Part shown: positions 24,168 through 36,121 of the stretch, piece after piece
Layout: the number at the start of each line of letters is the position of its first letter
Numbering within the stretch: position 1 is the stretch's first letter
NCBI GenBank assembly: GCA_907165135.1
Contig: OU015567.1
Location: 10,912,001 to 10,976,000, forward strand
DNA from: Oikopleura dioica
Taxonomy: Eukaryota > Animalia > Chordata
Direction of reading: 5' to 3'
Length of the DNA: 64,000 nt
The notes under the pieces: generated by a model
The model's input: the letters and a program-made list of their open reading frames with translations, nothing else
Told to the model about the DNA's origin: nothing
Databases searched by the model: none
Made by a program: the position numbers and the translations under genes

Positions 24168-26545
24168 CAGCTGTTCGCCCGCCTCGGGCGTGTGCCGCAT
24201 CGCGTTGGCATGGAGGCGAGCTGGCAAAGTCGGCCAAACTTGATTAAATTATTTAATGAAAAAAATATATACAAGAAAAAGCATATATTTAGAGGCAAGT
24301 TATCATATTTATTTGTCCGTCATTTCGATCAGCTGTTCATTTTTCCTATTAGCGCCTCGTTGGCATGGTGAGGCCACGCGAAATTAAATATGCAACGAAA
24401 TTATATCTACAGCGAAACTATGGCTCCCGTTTTTATGAGACGATAGAGCAGTTTATCTATTTATCTGTTTGAACAGAAACAGCTGCCAAAGTGAAAATAT
24501 TATGGTTCGGCGTGTTTGTATGAATATAGCTTTTACATTGTTTGGAATATACATTTAACAGCCCGAAACTTTTGAATCGTTTCTTGAAAAAAAACATATT
24601 TTATCTTGCCGTGATGGCCTTTTGATTATAGCCTGTCCACGCAGGTTGGCGTGACGAGCGCCGGGCTAGTTGCCGATTGATTTATGCAAAAGTAATTTCC
24701 GGGCATAAAATCGGCAACTCAAAAGAAAGGCGCTGGCGATCGGCCACCACCACCACCATGACGGGCGTGCAACATGTGTTTCACCGTCGTTTGGCGAGAA
24801 TTACACCTGGGGCAGGGGCGAAGCAAGCAACTCAGCCGAAGCCGCAGCAGAGGCCCGCAACTCTGCTTGGGAAAAGAGGGAAGCGGGTTGCGGATATGAT
24901 AAGTAAAAAGACGTGCGCGCTTGTGAACAATTATCAACGATCTTGTTCGAACAAATGAATTATTTCGAAGAATATTTTCAAATAAATTTCCTACCTAAAG
25001 CTTTCTTTTTGAAAAAAATGCGCGTGTTTAATTTAGCGATCTCTAAATTTCAGTTGGATCAGCCGCTCTGTGCTGGGGCGGATCATCCCAGCGGAGAATG
25101 AATTCATTATGGAGCAACCTGTTCAGGGGGGAATGATGTTAGTGATGTAGTGATCCAGTTAATTACGGCGAAATAGCGAGCCCTGCCTTTCATTGACTAA
25201 CAGCCCTTTCAAACAGCTGATTGAAACGCACGCCATTCCTCCCGTGGGGACGACCACCTCGCGTTCGTCTAATCATCTTATTGAGCATAATAAATCATCC
25301 CCGGGCAGGTGCACTCTTTTTTGACATTGGAACTCAACGAGCTCCTTGAATTGAGCTGAAAATTGTGCTACCATATTCTTTGAAAGCTAAATGCATCGCA
25401 CGTGATCTAGCATGAAAAAAGTAAAAATTATGAAACTGAATCAGTATGATTCGCCAAAGAACGATCCATAACTTTTAGTAACTTCATAATTAAGAAAAAG
25501 CTAATAGAATCGTAAGATGGCCATACCAACGCGCACTTCCGGCTTTGGCATTTCTCGTGGCGACAAATCTAAGGCTGCGAGGAATCATCGCCCTTTATGT
25601 TGCCTAAATATCGAAAATCCCAGGATGACCTTAAACCTCCAGTGATTACGGAAAATATTATGATGGCGGTGAGGTCTTTTTAGGTTTTTCTATGAGGGGT
25701 CGTATTTGGATATTTTCCCATGAAGACTGCAAGATCATTCTATTTCTATTGACTTTATATATTTTATGTAAAAAACAAAAATAAAATATTTTTAAAAATC
25801 GCTCATAATTTCCGCAAAAATATCAAGGTCAAAGTCATAAAAATTTCCTAAGATTTTCAATTTCTTTAAGAAAACACTCACCCGATCACTTGCTCTCTCT
25901 TAGAATAAAAAAAACAAAACGAACTCAATTGACAATTGTGAAGAGTGAACTCCAGCAGCTGTGTTGTGGAGTGGCGCGAGGTTCGAGTTCCGATCCGAGC
26001 AATTTTCTCTTTTTTGTTATTTTACGTTTCCTACTCGTTGAGTCAGCTGGGCGCCTAGCGAAAAAGTTGCAGCCCGTTACGTCGTAAACGGAGCTAATCG
26101 CCCGGCTGATCCAGTCGGATGATCCGTGTGTGGGGAAAGAGCTACTCTCTTGCCAATTATTACTACTCAAGTAGATGCTCTAGGAAGTCTCAGCTGAAAG
26201 CACTGGCGATAAGCGGAGCATTCTTTCATCTCTATTTTTCTCTTATCGTAAAATAATTACAAGATAAAATATGTATCCCCAGGTATTTAAATAAAAAAGT
26301 TACGTTATTTATAATTAGTATACCTGTTTGTGTAAAATCTCTCTGTTACTGTAGCAAAAATTGCTTCTGTTACTCTTGGAATGCAGCTGTTAAAATGGCG
26401 CTGCTTTACTGCTGGTGCTGGTGGTGGAGCTTATGGTGCTACCGGCTGGCCGTGGAGGTGGTGTGCTGGCCCACCGGCTGGCTGCTTTGGCGCTCAGGGT
26501 GAGGTGAAAATAGCGGGCAGGTGAGCGCCGCGTCCCTCACAGCTG
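24168..26545. promoter_or_regulatory. Cluster of nine CAGCTG E-boxes on the 5' side of TFAP4
   Basis: CAGCTG at 24168, 24330, 24480, 25214, 25956, 26044, 26191, 26384 and 26540. Confidence 0.65.
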
Positions 26546-26697
26546 GGCCACGGCCAGATTTCAACCTTTTCCGCACGCTGTCCTGGACCTTGCCCGCCGG
26601 GCACGCTCAATACTGTCCACTTTACTAGCTATTAATTCTTCTAATACATTTATGTCGACTATAAGCTTGATAATTATGCCATAAATCAAAGTACAAG

Positions 26698-28037
26698 TCA
26701 GTCCGTAGCTGCTAGTGAAGGAATTCTGACTGTAAAACACAGAATGGTGCACCTACGCGTGGCTACTACACCTTGTCCGAGCGATTAACACCACCTGTTC
26801 TGTGCACTGCCCCTCGCACTAGCCACCCTCCACCACCAGCCGTTTTCGCTTTTCGCCAAAACACGAATCATTAAGCGCCAAATATGCCCAAATTTCGCGC
26901 AATTACGTGCGCATTTTTCATTCAATCAAACCATTTTTGATAGAAAAATTGAATTATAAATACTCAAAAATATTGAAAAATAAAACCCAAGATTCAAAAA
27001 ATTAAACCACTGATTCTTACCTTCAGGACACTGAACCATGCAGTAATAATTCCATCTAGGATCAGTTGCGACTCTACTAGGAGTCCAAATCACGGATTCA
27101 ACTCTATCATGCGATCTTGAGCCCTCAAGACGGCCTTGTTGGAGATGTTGGAATCGAGTCGCATGAAAATGGGAAATAGAACCGTTTTGTCGCATATTTT
27201 GATGCATAAAGTGGTGATTTGAAAGTGGAATTGTCATCTAATTATTATGTTCCCTTTATTTATATATTTGTTCTTTAAAAAAGGCATCAGTGCCGAACGC
27301 ACAAGAGCGCAACCCGCATCGGCGCTACAGAGATACATATGATCACGTCAGGTAGCATGCGCCATTTTTTCGGAAAGACTCTTATCCCCCCATCTTAGGA
27401 TGGAACAATGCTAGAAAATGTTATCACACATGTTATAAATATAGAAATATTTCATGAACAGATTTTCATATACCGCTGAGCCCAAGCTACGGAAATGTTT
27501 GGAATCTTGATTTATAAAAAATTAAAGCCTTTGCACTCGAATAATCTGAAATGTGCGTCTTTATTGAAGACTCTTCAACCGAGAAAGTGTCAACGGGTAT
27601 AGATTCGATACTATAGATACCGAAAAGATGTATTTTTATGTCATGATTTACTTCTTATGTAAAAATCTCATCATATGCTGTTTTGCCTGAAAGACTGACC
27701 ATGATCATCACTGATGATTTGTGACGCAGATGGTCGGCTTTATAACGGAAATCGATCTTTCATTGTAAATGACGGCCAGTCAACCGATGGAATTTTCCTT
27801 CCACCAGGAGTTTTTCTTACCGGGCAGCTTGCCCTGACCTCCTCCTACCAAACATAAATCCCTAACAGCTGTAGCATACTGCAGCGCAAATTGTGGAAAG
27901 TGTACATAAGTAGATACGGATTTTTGCCCATAAAAATTCGACGACAAATTACCTTTTCTTCCTGACTTCACTGTAACAATGAATTTCGCTATGTAGTCAA
28001 TTGTTTCGGTATTAATTCTCTCCTGCTTTCGTTTCAT
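26698..28037 (-). CDS. Possible small uncharacterised spliced gene (or the 5' exon of TFAP4)
   Basis: Exon-like 27021-27237 (AG|ATG ... CPE G|GTAAG) plus ORF 27780-28037. The phase-1 donor fits either an acceptor at 26730 (stop 26698) or the TFAP4 exon at 23914. Confidence 0.3.
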
Positions 28038-28333
28038 TTTCTCGTTTATCTGACTACTCTTACTGCAAGAAGCAAATCTAGCAAAAATAGGAACGCTCTA
28101 GAGAAACAGCTGCTCATATCGAATGTTTTTGAGATGCTGAAGCAACACATGTTGATACCTCATCGTTCTTACTTACAAGAAGGAACAGCACAATTTAAAT
28201 CAATAAGATAATGTTCATTTATCTGTGAATAAGAGCGGAAGAATGATGGAACTTTAAATTTTGGGACTTAATAAAGTTTTGTATAAGTGGATAAGTAACT
28301 CGGAATTGAAGATTTTCAGCAATCACAATGGAA

Positions 28334-31325
28334 TCATAGAAGAAATTGCATGTCGGAACTGATGTCAAGGAAGAATGGTCCATGCTCGCTTTTGTTGAAT
28401 GTTGAGCATCGAATTTGATAAGTTCCAGGATCAAGCTGAGTTTTGAGGACGGAGTAACCCGAACGGTAGCTGCCAGAATCATCCAGTTTCTATGGAAAGA
28501 AAGATGAGATCGGGATGTAGAATATTCTGCCCACCTTTTCTGATAGATCTTCAAGCTGTATTTGTACAGAATACTGTTTCGGTGCTCTTATTTCGAACAA
28601 GACGGTACACTTCGAACAGATGGTTAATTTAGTAACGGGGTTAGAGCCATAGGTATCTCGGTTATTTTGGCATCCTCCAGCATTAGACGAGTTCCATTCA
28701 GATTTGATCCGTTTGGAATGAGTGAAGTTATCCTTCAGCTCCTTCAAACTGAATTTCACATTGGCGTAAGCCGTGAGGGTGAAGTCTATGTCATGATTTT
28801 TCTCATATTCTGAAACGATAATCGTGTATTTTTCGGGAGCTGAACTTATGGAAACGGGGAGCTTCGCAAGGTAGAATGGTGAATTGATTCTGATACCATC
28901 TAGGACTTTTGTTCCTGAAGTTGGGAGATAGAGTCGTTCGCCGTTATTCCTAAATTTGATGATTCATTGGACATAATTGAAGAGTGATAGAACAAGTGCA
29001 AAGTCTTATTTACTTGTAAACAATGAGTGTAATAAAATCCTTATTCTCGGCGAAATCATCCTTCTCGGTGATATGCCGACTGAGGAGAAGCCAGACCATT
29101 GTGTCAACAGAAGCATCAACGGTCAGCAAATACTGAGGATTGTTCGCAAAAGAGTAAAGATCCTTCTTCGGCCCCTGTGGCCAGGTTCCATGAAATTTTC
29201 GGTCGAACTTGAAAAGAGAGGTATTCCATGAAAGATAACAGACGTCGAAATATATGATTAGATCATTCCACTCGATCCAGAACACTCCTGAGAAAAAAAA
29301 TGATCAATTTTTTATGTAATAATGAACTAAAAAATACCCTGGTCGTCGGCAGCAGCTGCTTTCGGATCATAGTTTAGGGCATGCTTCATTTCTGGAGTCC
29401 ATCTGGTAGTATCCTACAAACAGAAATTTACGCAAATACTGAGTCATCGTATCGGCGATGGTTGAAAATTATCAACACGTTAGCATATGCTAACATGCCT
29501 ACAGCATGGAGTACGATATTACCTGATAGGAATATTTGCCCTTCCAGCTTCTCTCAGCCCAAGGATTTTTCAGCTTCACAAATCGCAGATTACCCACTTG
29601 CCTTAAATCTAGCAGGGCATACGCATGAGTCGGTACAAGTCCCGATTTCTCTTCCAAATCTGTTTCAGGGTATAAAATCAATTACGTAACCTAAGCCCGT
29701 CAAAACTACTTTAGATTGAATAACCTAAATCTGAGGATAGTCTTCCTGTCGCCATTGTTGCTAGCACATGCCCACTCCCCATTCTTGTTTTGAGCATCGT
29801 GAAAAACCGGCCTTCGTCATTAACGGTTTCACTCAGAGATTTCCTCTCAGGAATCCACCTGAACCGGTTAAAATAAATCGATGCTGACGTCAAATGGAAA
29901 AAAAGAGCTCTTACCCTGTAAGAGCATGAAGATCGATGCTTGAATTGGATCCGGGAAAATCGTAACCACCCATCACTTTCAAATAAGCCTTTTCTAACAA
30001 GCTGTACGAAGGATTTACTTACTTTCCACTTAAAAAAGTTTCCAGTGATCACAAATATGTAAGCATAAGTATATTCCTTTCCTGACCCAAAGTTCAGCTT
30101 TATCTTTCGAATAGGACGTCAGAGTCTCCCACCCTGGTCAAAGGGGAACCGGGTGTCCACCTCAACGAGTCTAATGAAACGTTAGAAGGCACTTTGTTAA
30201 CTGGACAAACCTCCAGCATCCATTGATATGAAGTCGAACACAATACTTGCCATAAGGGTTCAAAACTGGCTTGCGCTCACGATTCTGTGGGAAGAGCGAG
30301 TTGGTGATGATCTGCGTGTGGAATTTGTTCTCGTAGCCGGCCGACAGAATCATGGCTGACACAAATGAACAGTCAGAAACCAACGTTTGCGTCACATTGC
30401 GAGGAGATACTTTATTCACCACTGTCGCGTTCGGAATGTAGTCTTCAGCATGAGCCCAGCCGGCCAAACGTTTAACTTGTTTAGCTGTTGAAGGGTAGGT
30501 AGTATATCTCAGATATAATATCTGCATTAGTGGAATCTATGATTTTGAAATTCAAAATTTGAATCATTAATCCAGTCATGGGATCACGAGTCGGAGCATT
30601 GACGAACTTTTTTTCAACTTTCCTTTCGCAACAAGAACGTACCCCTTTGCCTGAAAGGTCCAAAATTCCATCAGAGTCCTTCCATCGCCCGTTTCCGCTT
30701 AGATTAGCATAGCTAGCATCAGCTGGGAAGAATGGAACGAATTTCTTGCCGTTAATAAAGCTGCTTCGACGCAAAACGGCTATCTCATCCGCGGAAAGCT
30801 TCGAGGAGTCGTCAATTTTATTCGAAGGAGGAGAAAAGGGTGAGCACGCCTCTTGGTGATTCCCTCTGCTGGCTGAAAGTTAAATCGGAATAAGGTGAAG
30901 TTCAACTGTTGAACAACAGGTGTTGAGTTAGCCGGGTTTTTTAATAAAAAATAGCATAAAATGCATAATTTGTGTGCTGAAAAATCATGTGCTTTTTAAC
31001 AATGGTTTCCATCGTCGATATTTACTCTTTCGAGTTTTCGATTAGCCATGCCTTGATTGCGGTTAGTAATAAATGGTTCATTTCTACCAGCAGGAGCACT
31101 TTTCATCGCTTTGCGCAACTCTAAACTGCGTTCCAAGCAGTGGCGCTCCCATTTTTCATATTTCGCGATTGAAGCAGGATTTTTTCGCTTCGCCAAATTG
31201 AATTTCTTCGCTGCATTGTCATACAGGGCGAAGGCGTTGGGGGCGTTTTTCTCATCGGCGGATATTGCTGCTTCCAGCAGCTTTTTGGCTTTTCTAGAAC
31301 TCAGAAACGGAAGACCATAAGACAT
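28334..31325 (-). CDS. CAPN7: Calpain-7 (PalB-type)
   Basis: MIT-like N-terminus; catalytic motifs [45 protein letters not shown] and LKNPW; two C2-like domains ending [15 protein letters not shown]. One frameshift near 30121. Confidence 0.93.
30002..30081 (-). other. Non-canonical GA-AG intron in CAPN7
   Basis: Only the join TGG GTC AG|GA...CAG|C TTG restores the conserved WVSLLEKAY. Confidence 0.8.
30485..30650 (-). other. GC-AG intron in CAPN7
   Basis: The join TCA G|GC...CAG|CT gives DLSAKQVKRL, matching the LSPKQK of CAPN7. Confidence 0.65.
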
Positions 31326-31430
31326 CGCATATCGGGGTCTGTAATTCTTCTAAAGCGGGTATCATGTCTGCAAGATCTTGAAGAGATAGCTGACCTAAAC
31401 CAAAAACGAGCCGAAGGTATTTACGCTAGC

Positions 31431-31963
31431 ATGAGTTCAAATCACAAAAACCCATTTCTGACCGACACGGAAAAAGAAACAGACCCAGAGGTCCTGAAAC
31501 GAAGAGAGGTAACAGAATCCACTAGAGCAGATACTTCACATCCCTTTAGAAACAGATTGAATACGGGAAAATAACTGAAAGATATCAAGAATATATTGAA
31601 GCTGTTCCTAAGAACGAACGAAAATACTGGCAGCCAAGAACTCCCAGTAAGAATAAGATTATTGACTGTGAAAATATACTTTCGCTTAGAAAAAGACCAG
31701 GTCACTCCTCGACGAATTTTCGACGGAGAAGTTCAGGCCTGGAAGAAGAAATTGCACTACTGGAATGATAAGGATGAGTGTACCAAAATAATTCCGAAAG
31801 GAAAGGGTGCTGGGAGAAAGTAAGCAATTCTAGTGTTGGCTAAATTTACTATTTTTTTTCTTTTAGACGCGAATGGAAGCCAAAAGATTCATCGCCCGAG
31901 GAAGAAAAATCTGCAAAACGTCAGAAATATCCGTCCGAAAGAAATGATGATCGAAAACTTTAA
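31431..31963 (+). CDS. SLBP: Histone mRNA stem-loop binding protein (133 aa if ATG 31431 is the start)
   Basis: Exons 31431-31508, 31550-31646, 31690-31819 and 31867-31963 give ETDPEVLKRREKQIEYGKITERYQEYIEAVPKNERKYWQPRTPKKDQVTPRRIFDGEVQAWKKKLHYWND, the SLBP RNA-binding domain. Not visible in the ORF track. Confidence 0.88.
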
Positions 31964-32503
31964 ATTTTCTGCCCCGAAAACACAAAATAGAGTTTCTAGT
32001 TCCATTCCTTCGATTTCTTCAGCACTCTTCATTTTCTATTTTCTCACTCGCGCATCATTCTGAACAAATTAATATCAAAATATCAGTCAAATGGCATAAA
32101 AACGCATCAAATTAATAATTGATAATATTGACTGTAGTTCCGAAGTCCCCGTTGCTGTGCGTTTGCGCGCGCTTTTCAAAATCGGCCACCGCCGATTGGC
32201 TCAGCTCGCCAAGGATCAATTTTTCGAGACTTTTTCCAGAGACACCTTCGATATCTCCTCTGTTTTACGCAGAAATCGTTCATATCATATGATTGACAAA
32301 TCAAAATTATATTCACCAAATCCGGGTGAAAATGACAAAGATAAGAATGATGTTATATCATTTTGTCTATTTTGACCATTTATCGGCGGAATTATTATAT
32401 AAAATGTAAATTTATCGCGGATATCCTGTTTCCTGATGCTGATTAGAGTCAGATGACCGAGTTGCGTGATGTTACATAAATAAAAACGGAATTTTTCAGA
32501 CAA

Positions 32504-34458
32504 ATGTCGGTGGCACCGAAACGGTCGCGTTTCTCCGACCGTCCGGAAGATTCCGGCGTCGGTGGAAAAGTCGCAAAGACAGAGTCAACTCCGAGTTGGT
32601 TGAAACCATCATCCGGATCCGATTCGCTCCCTTCTTCTGGCTCTAACAATGCCTTGGCGCTCATGCCTCTTTCTGGCGGTCTTTTGCCGAAACCGGACAA
32701 GCCAAAGTTGACTAAAGAAGAAAGAAGAGCGCTTAGGAAGAAGAAATGGTCGACAGATACTGTCAGGTAGCTTTTTTCTTTCAAGACCATTTCTGGATAT
32801 TCTGGAATATTCTAGCATTACTGGTATTTCTACAAACATGCCATCAGATCTCACCCCCGAGCAACAAAAGATCTACATAAAACAGCTCGAAATCGAAGAA
32901 ATCACAAAGAGACTGAAGTCAAATGATCTTGGCATTCCAGCTGATCCTACTCAACGGTAAAAAATCATTGCTTACAGGCTTTTTACTAGCATGATTTTTA
33001 GCTCTCCGTCTCCCGAGCCGGTGTATTCATCAGATGGAAAACGACTGAACACGAGAGAAATCCGAACAAAGAGAAAGTTAGAGGATACGAGACATCAACT
33101 TATTACTCAGATGAAGGAGCTCAATCCTCACTACATGCCGCCAAGCGACTACAGAGCGCCCAATGTGAGGGTTCAAGAAAGAGTGCTCATTCCGCAAGAT
33201 GAGCATCCAGGTATACCTTAATTTTTTTGCTTATTCTTAACTCTCGTTTGTCAGGAATCAATTTTGTTGGCTTGCTCATCGGCCCACGAGGAAATACTTT
33301 GAAGAAAATCGAAACAGAACATCAATGCAAGGTCATGATCAGAGGAAAAGGATCGGTGAAAACGCAGAGCCAGAGCTTTATCTCCCGTCCTCTACCAGGT
33401 ACACAAAAGAACTAAACCCTGAATCTACGACTTTTCAGGCGAGGATGAGCCTCTTCATGCTTTGATTTCTGCGAATTGCCAGACATCAGTAGAAGATGCG
33501 ATCAGAACGATCCGACAGATCATCAAGGACGCGATTGAAAACCCAGAAGGACAAAATGACTTGCGAAAGACGCAGTTGATGGAGCTTGCTCGACTCAACG
33601 GCACCTTGAGAGAAGGCTTCGAACCAAAGGAGAACTCCTGGCTCAAACCTGAGAATCAAACGATCACGAACCAGTTGGTTTGCACTAAGTGTGGTGGAAG
33701 GGGACATATTTCCGGCGATTGTCGATCTGGCCATACTGGAAACGAGAAGCTTGTCAATAGGTAAAAATCCCGGGGAACTTCAATGATCATTGTTTCATTC
33801 GTAGAGCGATGGATACCGAATACGAGGCACTCATGGCGGAACTCGGAGGCGGAAAGAAAGGACCATTGTCACAGCCACGTAGTGGATTTTCAACTCAAAA
33901 CTTCCACGGAACTGCTAACATTCAACGAGTAAGCGTAAAACATCATCGAGCCTGTACTCATCTTCCATTTAGCTTGATACTCCTCAGCAGCAGTATCAAC
34001 AATCGTCTGGCTACGGTTCTGGACGGGACTTTAGTGGTGGTTCGCGAGACAATGGAGCGTCTGGATGGTCGAATAATCCTGCAGGTAAGACAGACTATTC
34101 TTCGAGCACATGTTATGTTTTTGTAGACATTTACAACCGTGGACCTCAAGCCGCCGGGGCATACGGCGGAGCTAGCGGTGGTGGAGGCTCTGGCTTGGTG
34201 ACTCCTGACCAGTATAAAGCCCAAAAGACCCAAATGAATCCTAACGACCCGATGCAGCAACAAATGATGATGATGAATATGGTAACAGCATATACATAAC
34301 CTATATGATTATGAACACGCTTACCACTAATCGTTTAGCGTTAAGAGACCTCCATCTCAGCAGCTATAAATTAAAGAAATCTTGAACCCCTTCTTAAAAA
34401 ATTCTAGATGATGGGCATGCAGGGACAAATGCCACCCCCACCTCCGCCACCAGAATAA
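32504..34458 (+). CDS. SF1: Splicing factor 1 / branchpoint-binding protein
   Basis: KKWS U2AF-ligand motif, [13 protein letters not shown]2 domain ([18 protein letters not shown]), zinc knuckle [14 protein letters not shown], Pro-rich end. Confidence 0.96.
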
Positions 34459-34915
34459 TCTAACAATAACTCCGTCTCCATCCTCTTTAGCTCGACAAGG
34501 ATCGTCACTTTGGAAGAAGAAATTCTAACCAAATATTCTCATTTACTGTTTTAGGTTTTTAAATTGTTCTAACCTAAAAGTTTTTTTAGCTCAATCCAGT
34601 GTATAGGTTCCATTTCATCACTCTTGCATCATTTACTTTTTGTTAACCTTTAGGGCGTCCTTTTGATGATGCGGATAAAAAACGTCAGCAACTCTGGCTG
34701 TTCAAATTTTTTTACAGATGAAACTTTGACTTTCACGCGTTTTTTAAATAATAATGTTCGTTTTGAGGCTCCTAAAAGGATATCTCATTTTTCCATCTTT
34801 TAGCTATTAAACTAGTTTAATAACTTATTGATAACCTGAGTCAATGAAGTCAGGTCTTATGATGGTATAAACTCCCCTTTGAATGTCCCACATTTGACTC
34901 CTTTAGCTCAATTTA

Positions 34916-35202
34916 CGTTACGTCACCTTAACGCGTCGCTTTTCTTCATAACTTATTTTAGATCTAACAGATTCAGTACCGTAGTGTTGAGTCAACTCGT
35001 ATGGCAGCTGTTGAACTGGTCTGAGCAAGAGTCCGGAACGACCTTCAGTTGGTAGGAAATCTAAATATTCTGTCAGACATTATTTACTTTAAGGCGCCGC
35101 TGTACATCTGTTCATACCGGACTGCTCGTTTGTGGATTATTTTCTGTAGGGTTTTAACAGTGCTCAAGCCAAACTGCTAGACAGATCCCTCCACGCAAAC
35201 AT
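34916..35202 (-). CDS. Candidate mitochondrial ribosomal protein mL42-like gene (exon boundaries unresolved)
   Basis: Minus-strand frame FLPTEGRSGLLLRPVQQLPYELTQHY has the same spacing as the remembered MRPL42 core DGRTIVCYHPSVDIPYEHT. Candidate ATGs at 35202 or about 35120. Confidence 0.4.
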
Positions 35203-35288
35203 CTTGAATTTTTGTCTCCGGGGTCACGGGAGACGGCCTGAGCGCTGCTAAGACCAGTCGACGGGAATCTAACAGTTCTCGTCTCAGA

Positions 35289-36029
35289 ATGATACGTTCC
35301 GTCGGTGCGGCCGCCATACGATGCTCTGCCACGAGGCAATTCTCATCGTCACAGACGGCTAGCTATTATAAACTCGACAACTTTGGTCGTCCGCTGAATC
35401 AAATCCCCGAGTGGATCGATGAAGGTGTTGCGTTGCCTTTTCCCGGTGCTCAAACGACTATAAGATCGCAGAAATTCAAAAAGCAGTTCCGTAAAAATGT
35501 AAATATAGATTTGGTCTACCTGAAATTTATATTTATTCTAGTCTGTCGTCCGAACTTCTGGATTGAACATCGTCGACAACTCAAAATACAGCGCGAATCA
35601 GCAAGAAACGGAGCCTCGTTTTGTAAGCAGCTACCGTAAACGTAAGCTGCCGTCATCAACCCTCATCACTCATGTCATTTTCAATAGAAAGACGATACAA
35701 TAACGGAACAGTTGGGGATTTAGTCTTGGTATCAGTTGGGGCAGAATTCAAACGAGGGCTGATAATTGGAATGTCGAAGCATCACAAAACTTTCAGACCA
35801 TATTTTGATAAGAATAATGTTGTTTTATTGAACGACGATGGATCACCCGCTGGCACGCGAATTTTAGCGCCTGTTCCATCTTGGTTCAAAGATCCCAAAG
35901 GTGAAGTAACCCCTCAAAATCAATTTAATAAGTCTTTTAGAAATAAAACGAATCGAAGCACAAGGACAAGTCTGTAATATGGATGTACAAATGAATAAAT
36001 TAATCGCCATCACTGGCACCTTCATCTAA
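35289..36029 (+). CDS. MRPL14: Mitochondrial ribosomal protein uL14m
   Basis: LNIVDNS, GTVGDLVLVSV and FDKNNVVLLNDDGSPAGTRILAPVP motifs; N-terminal presequence. Confidence 0.88.
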
Positions 36030-36121
36030 ATACACTCACACAACAAGGTTGTACAATCTTTCTTATAAAATTGACGTTCGTTGTTATTCAGACAAAGCGT
36101 CGCCTGTAGGTCGAGACGAAA

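Noticed and set aside
34999-35180. Plus-strand MAAVELV-TGA-ARVRN frame as a possible selenoprotein
   Set aside because: No redox motif or SECIS seen; the minus-strand frame has better homology support.
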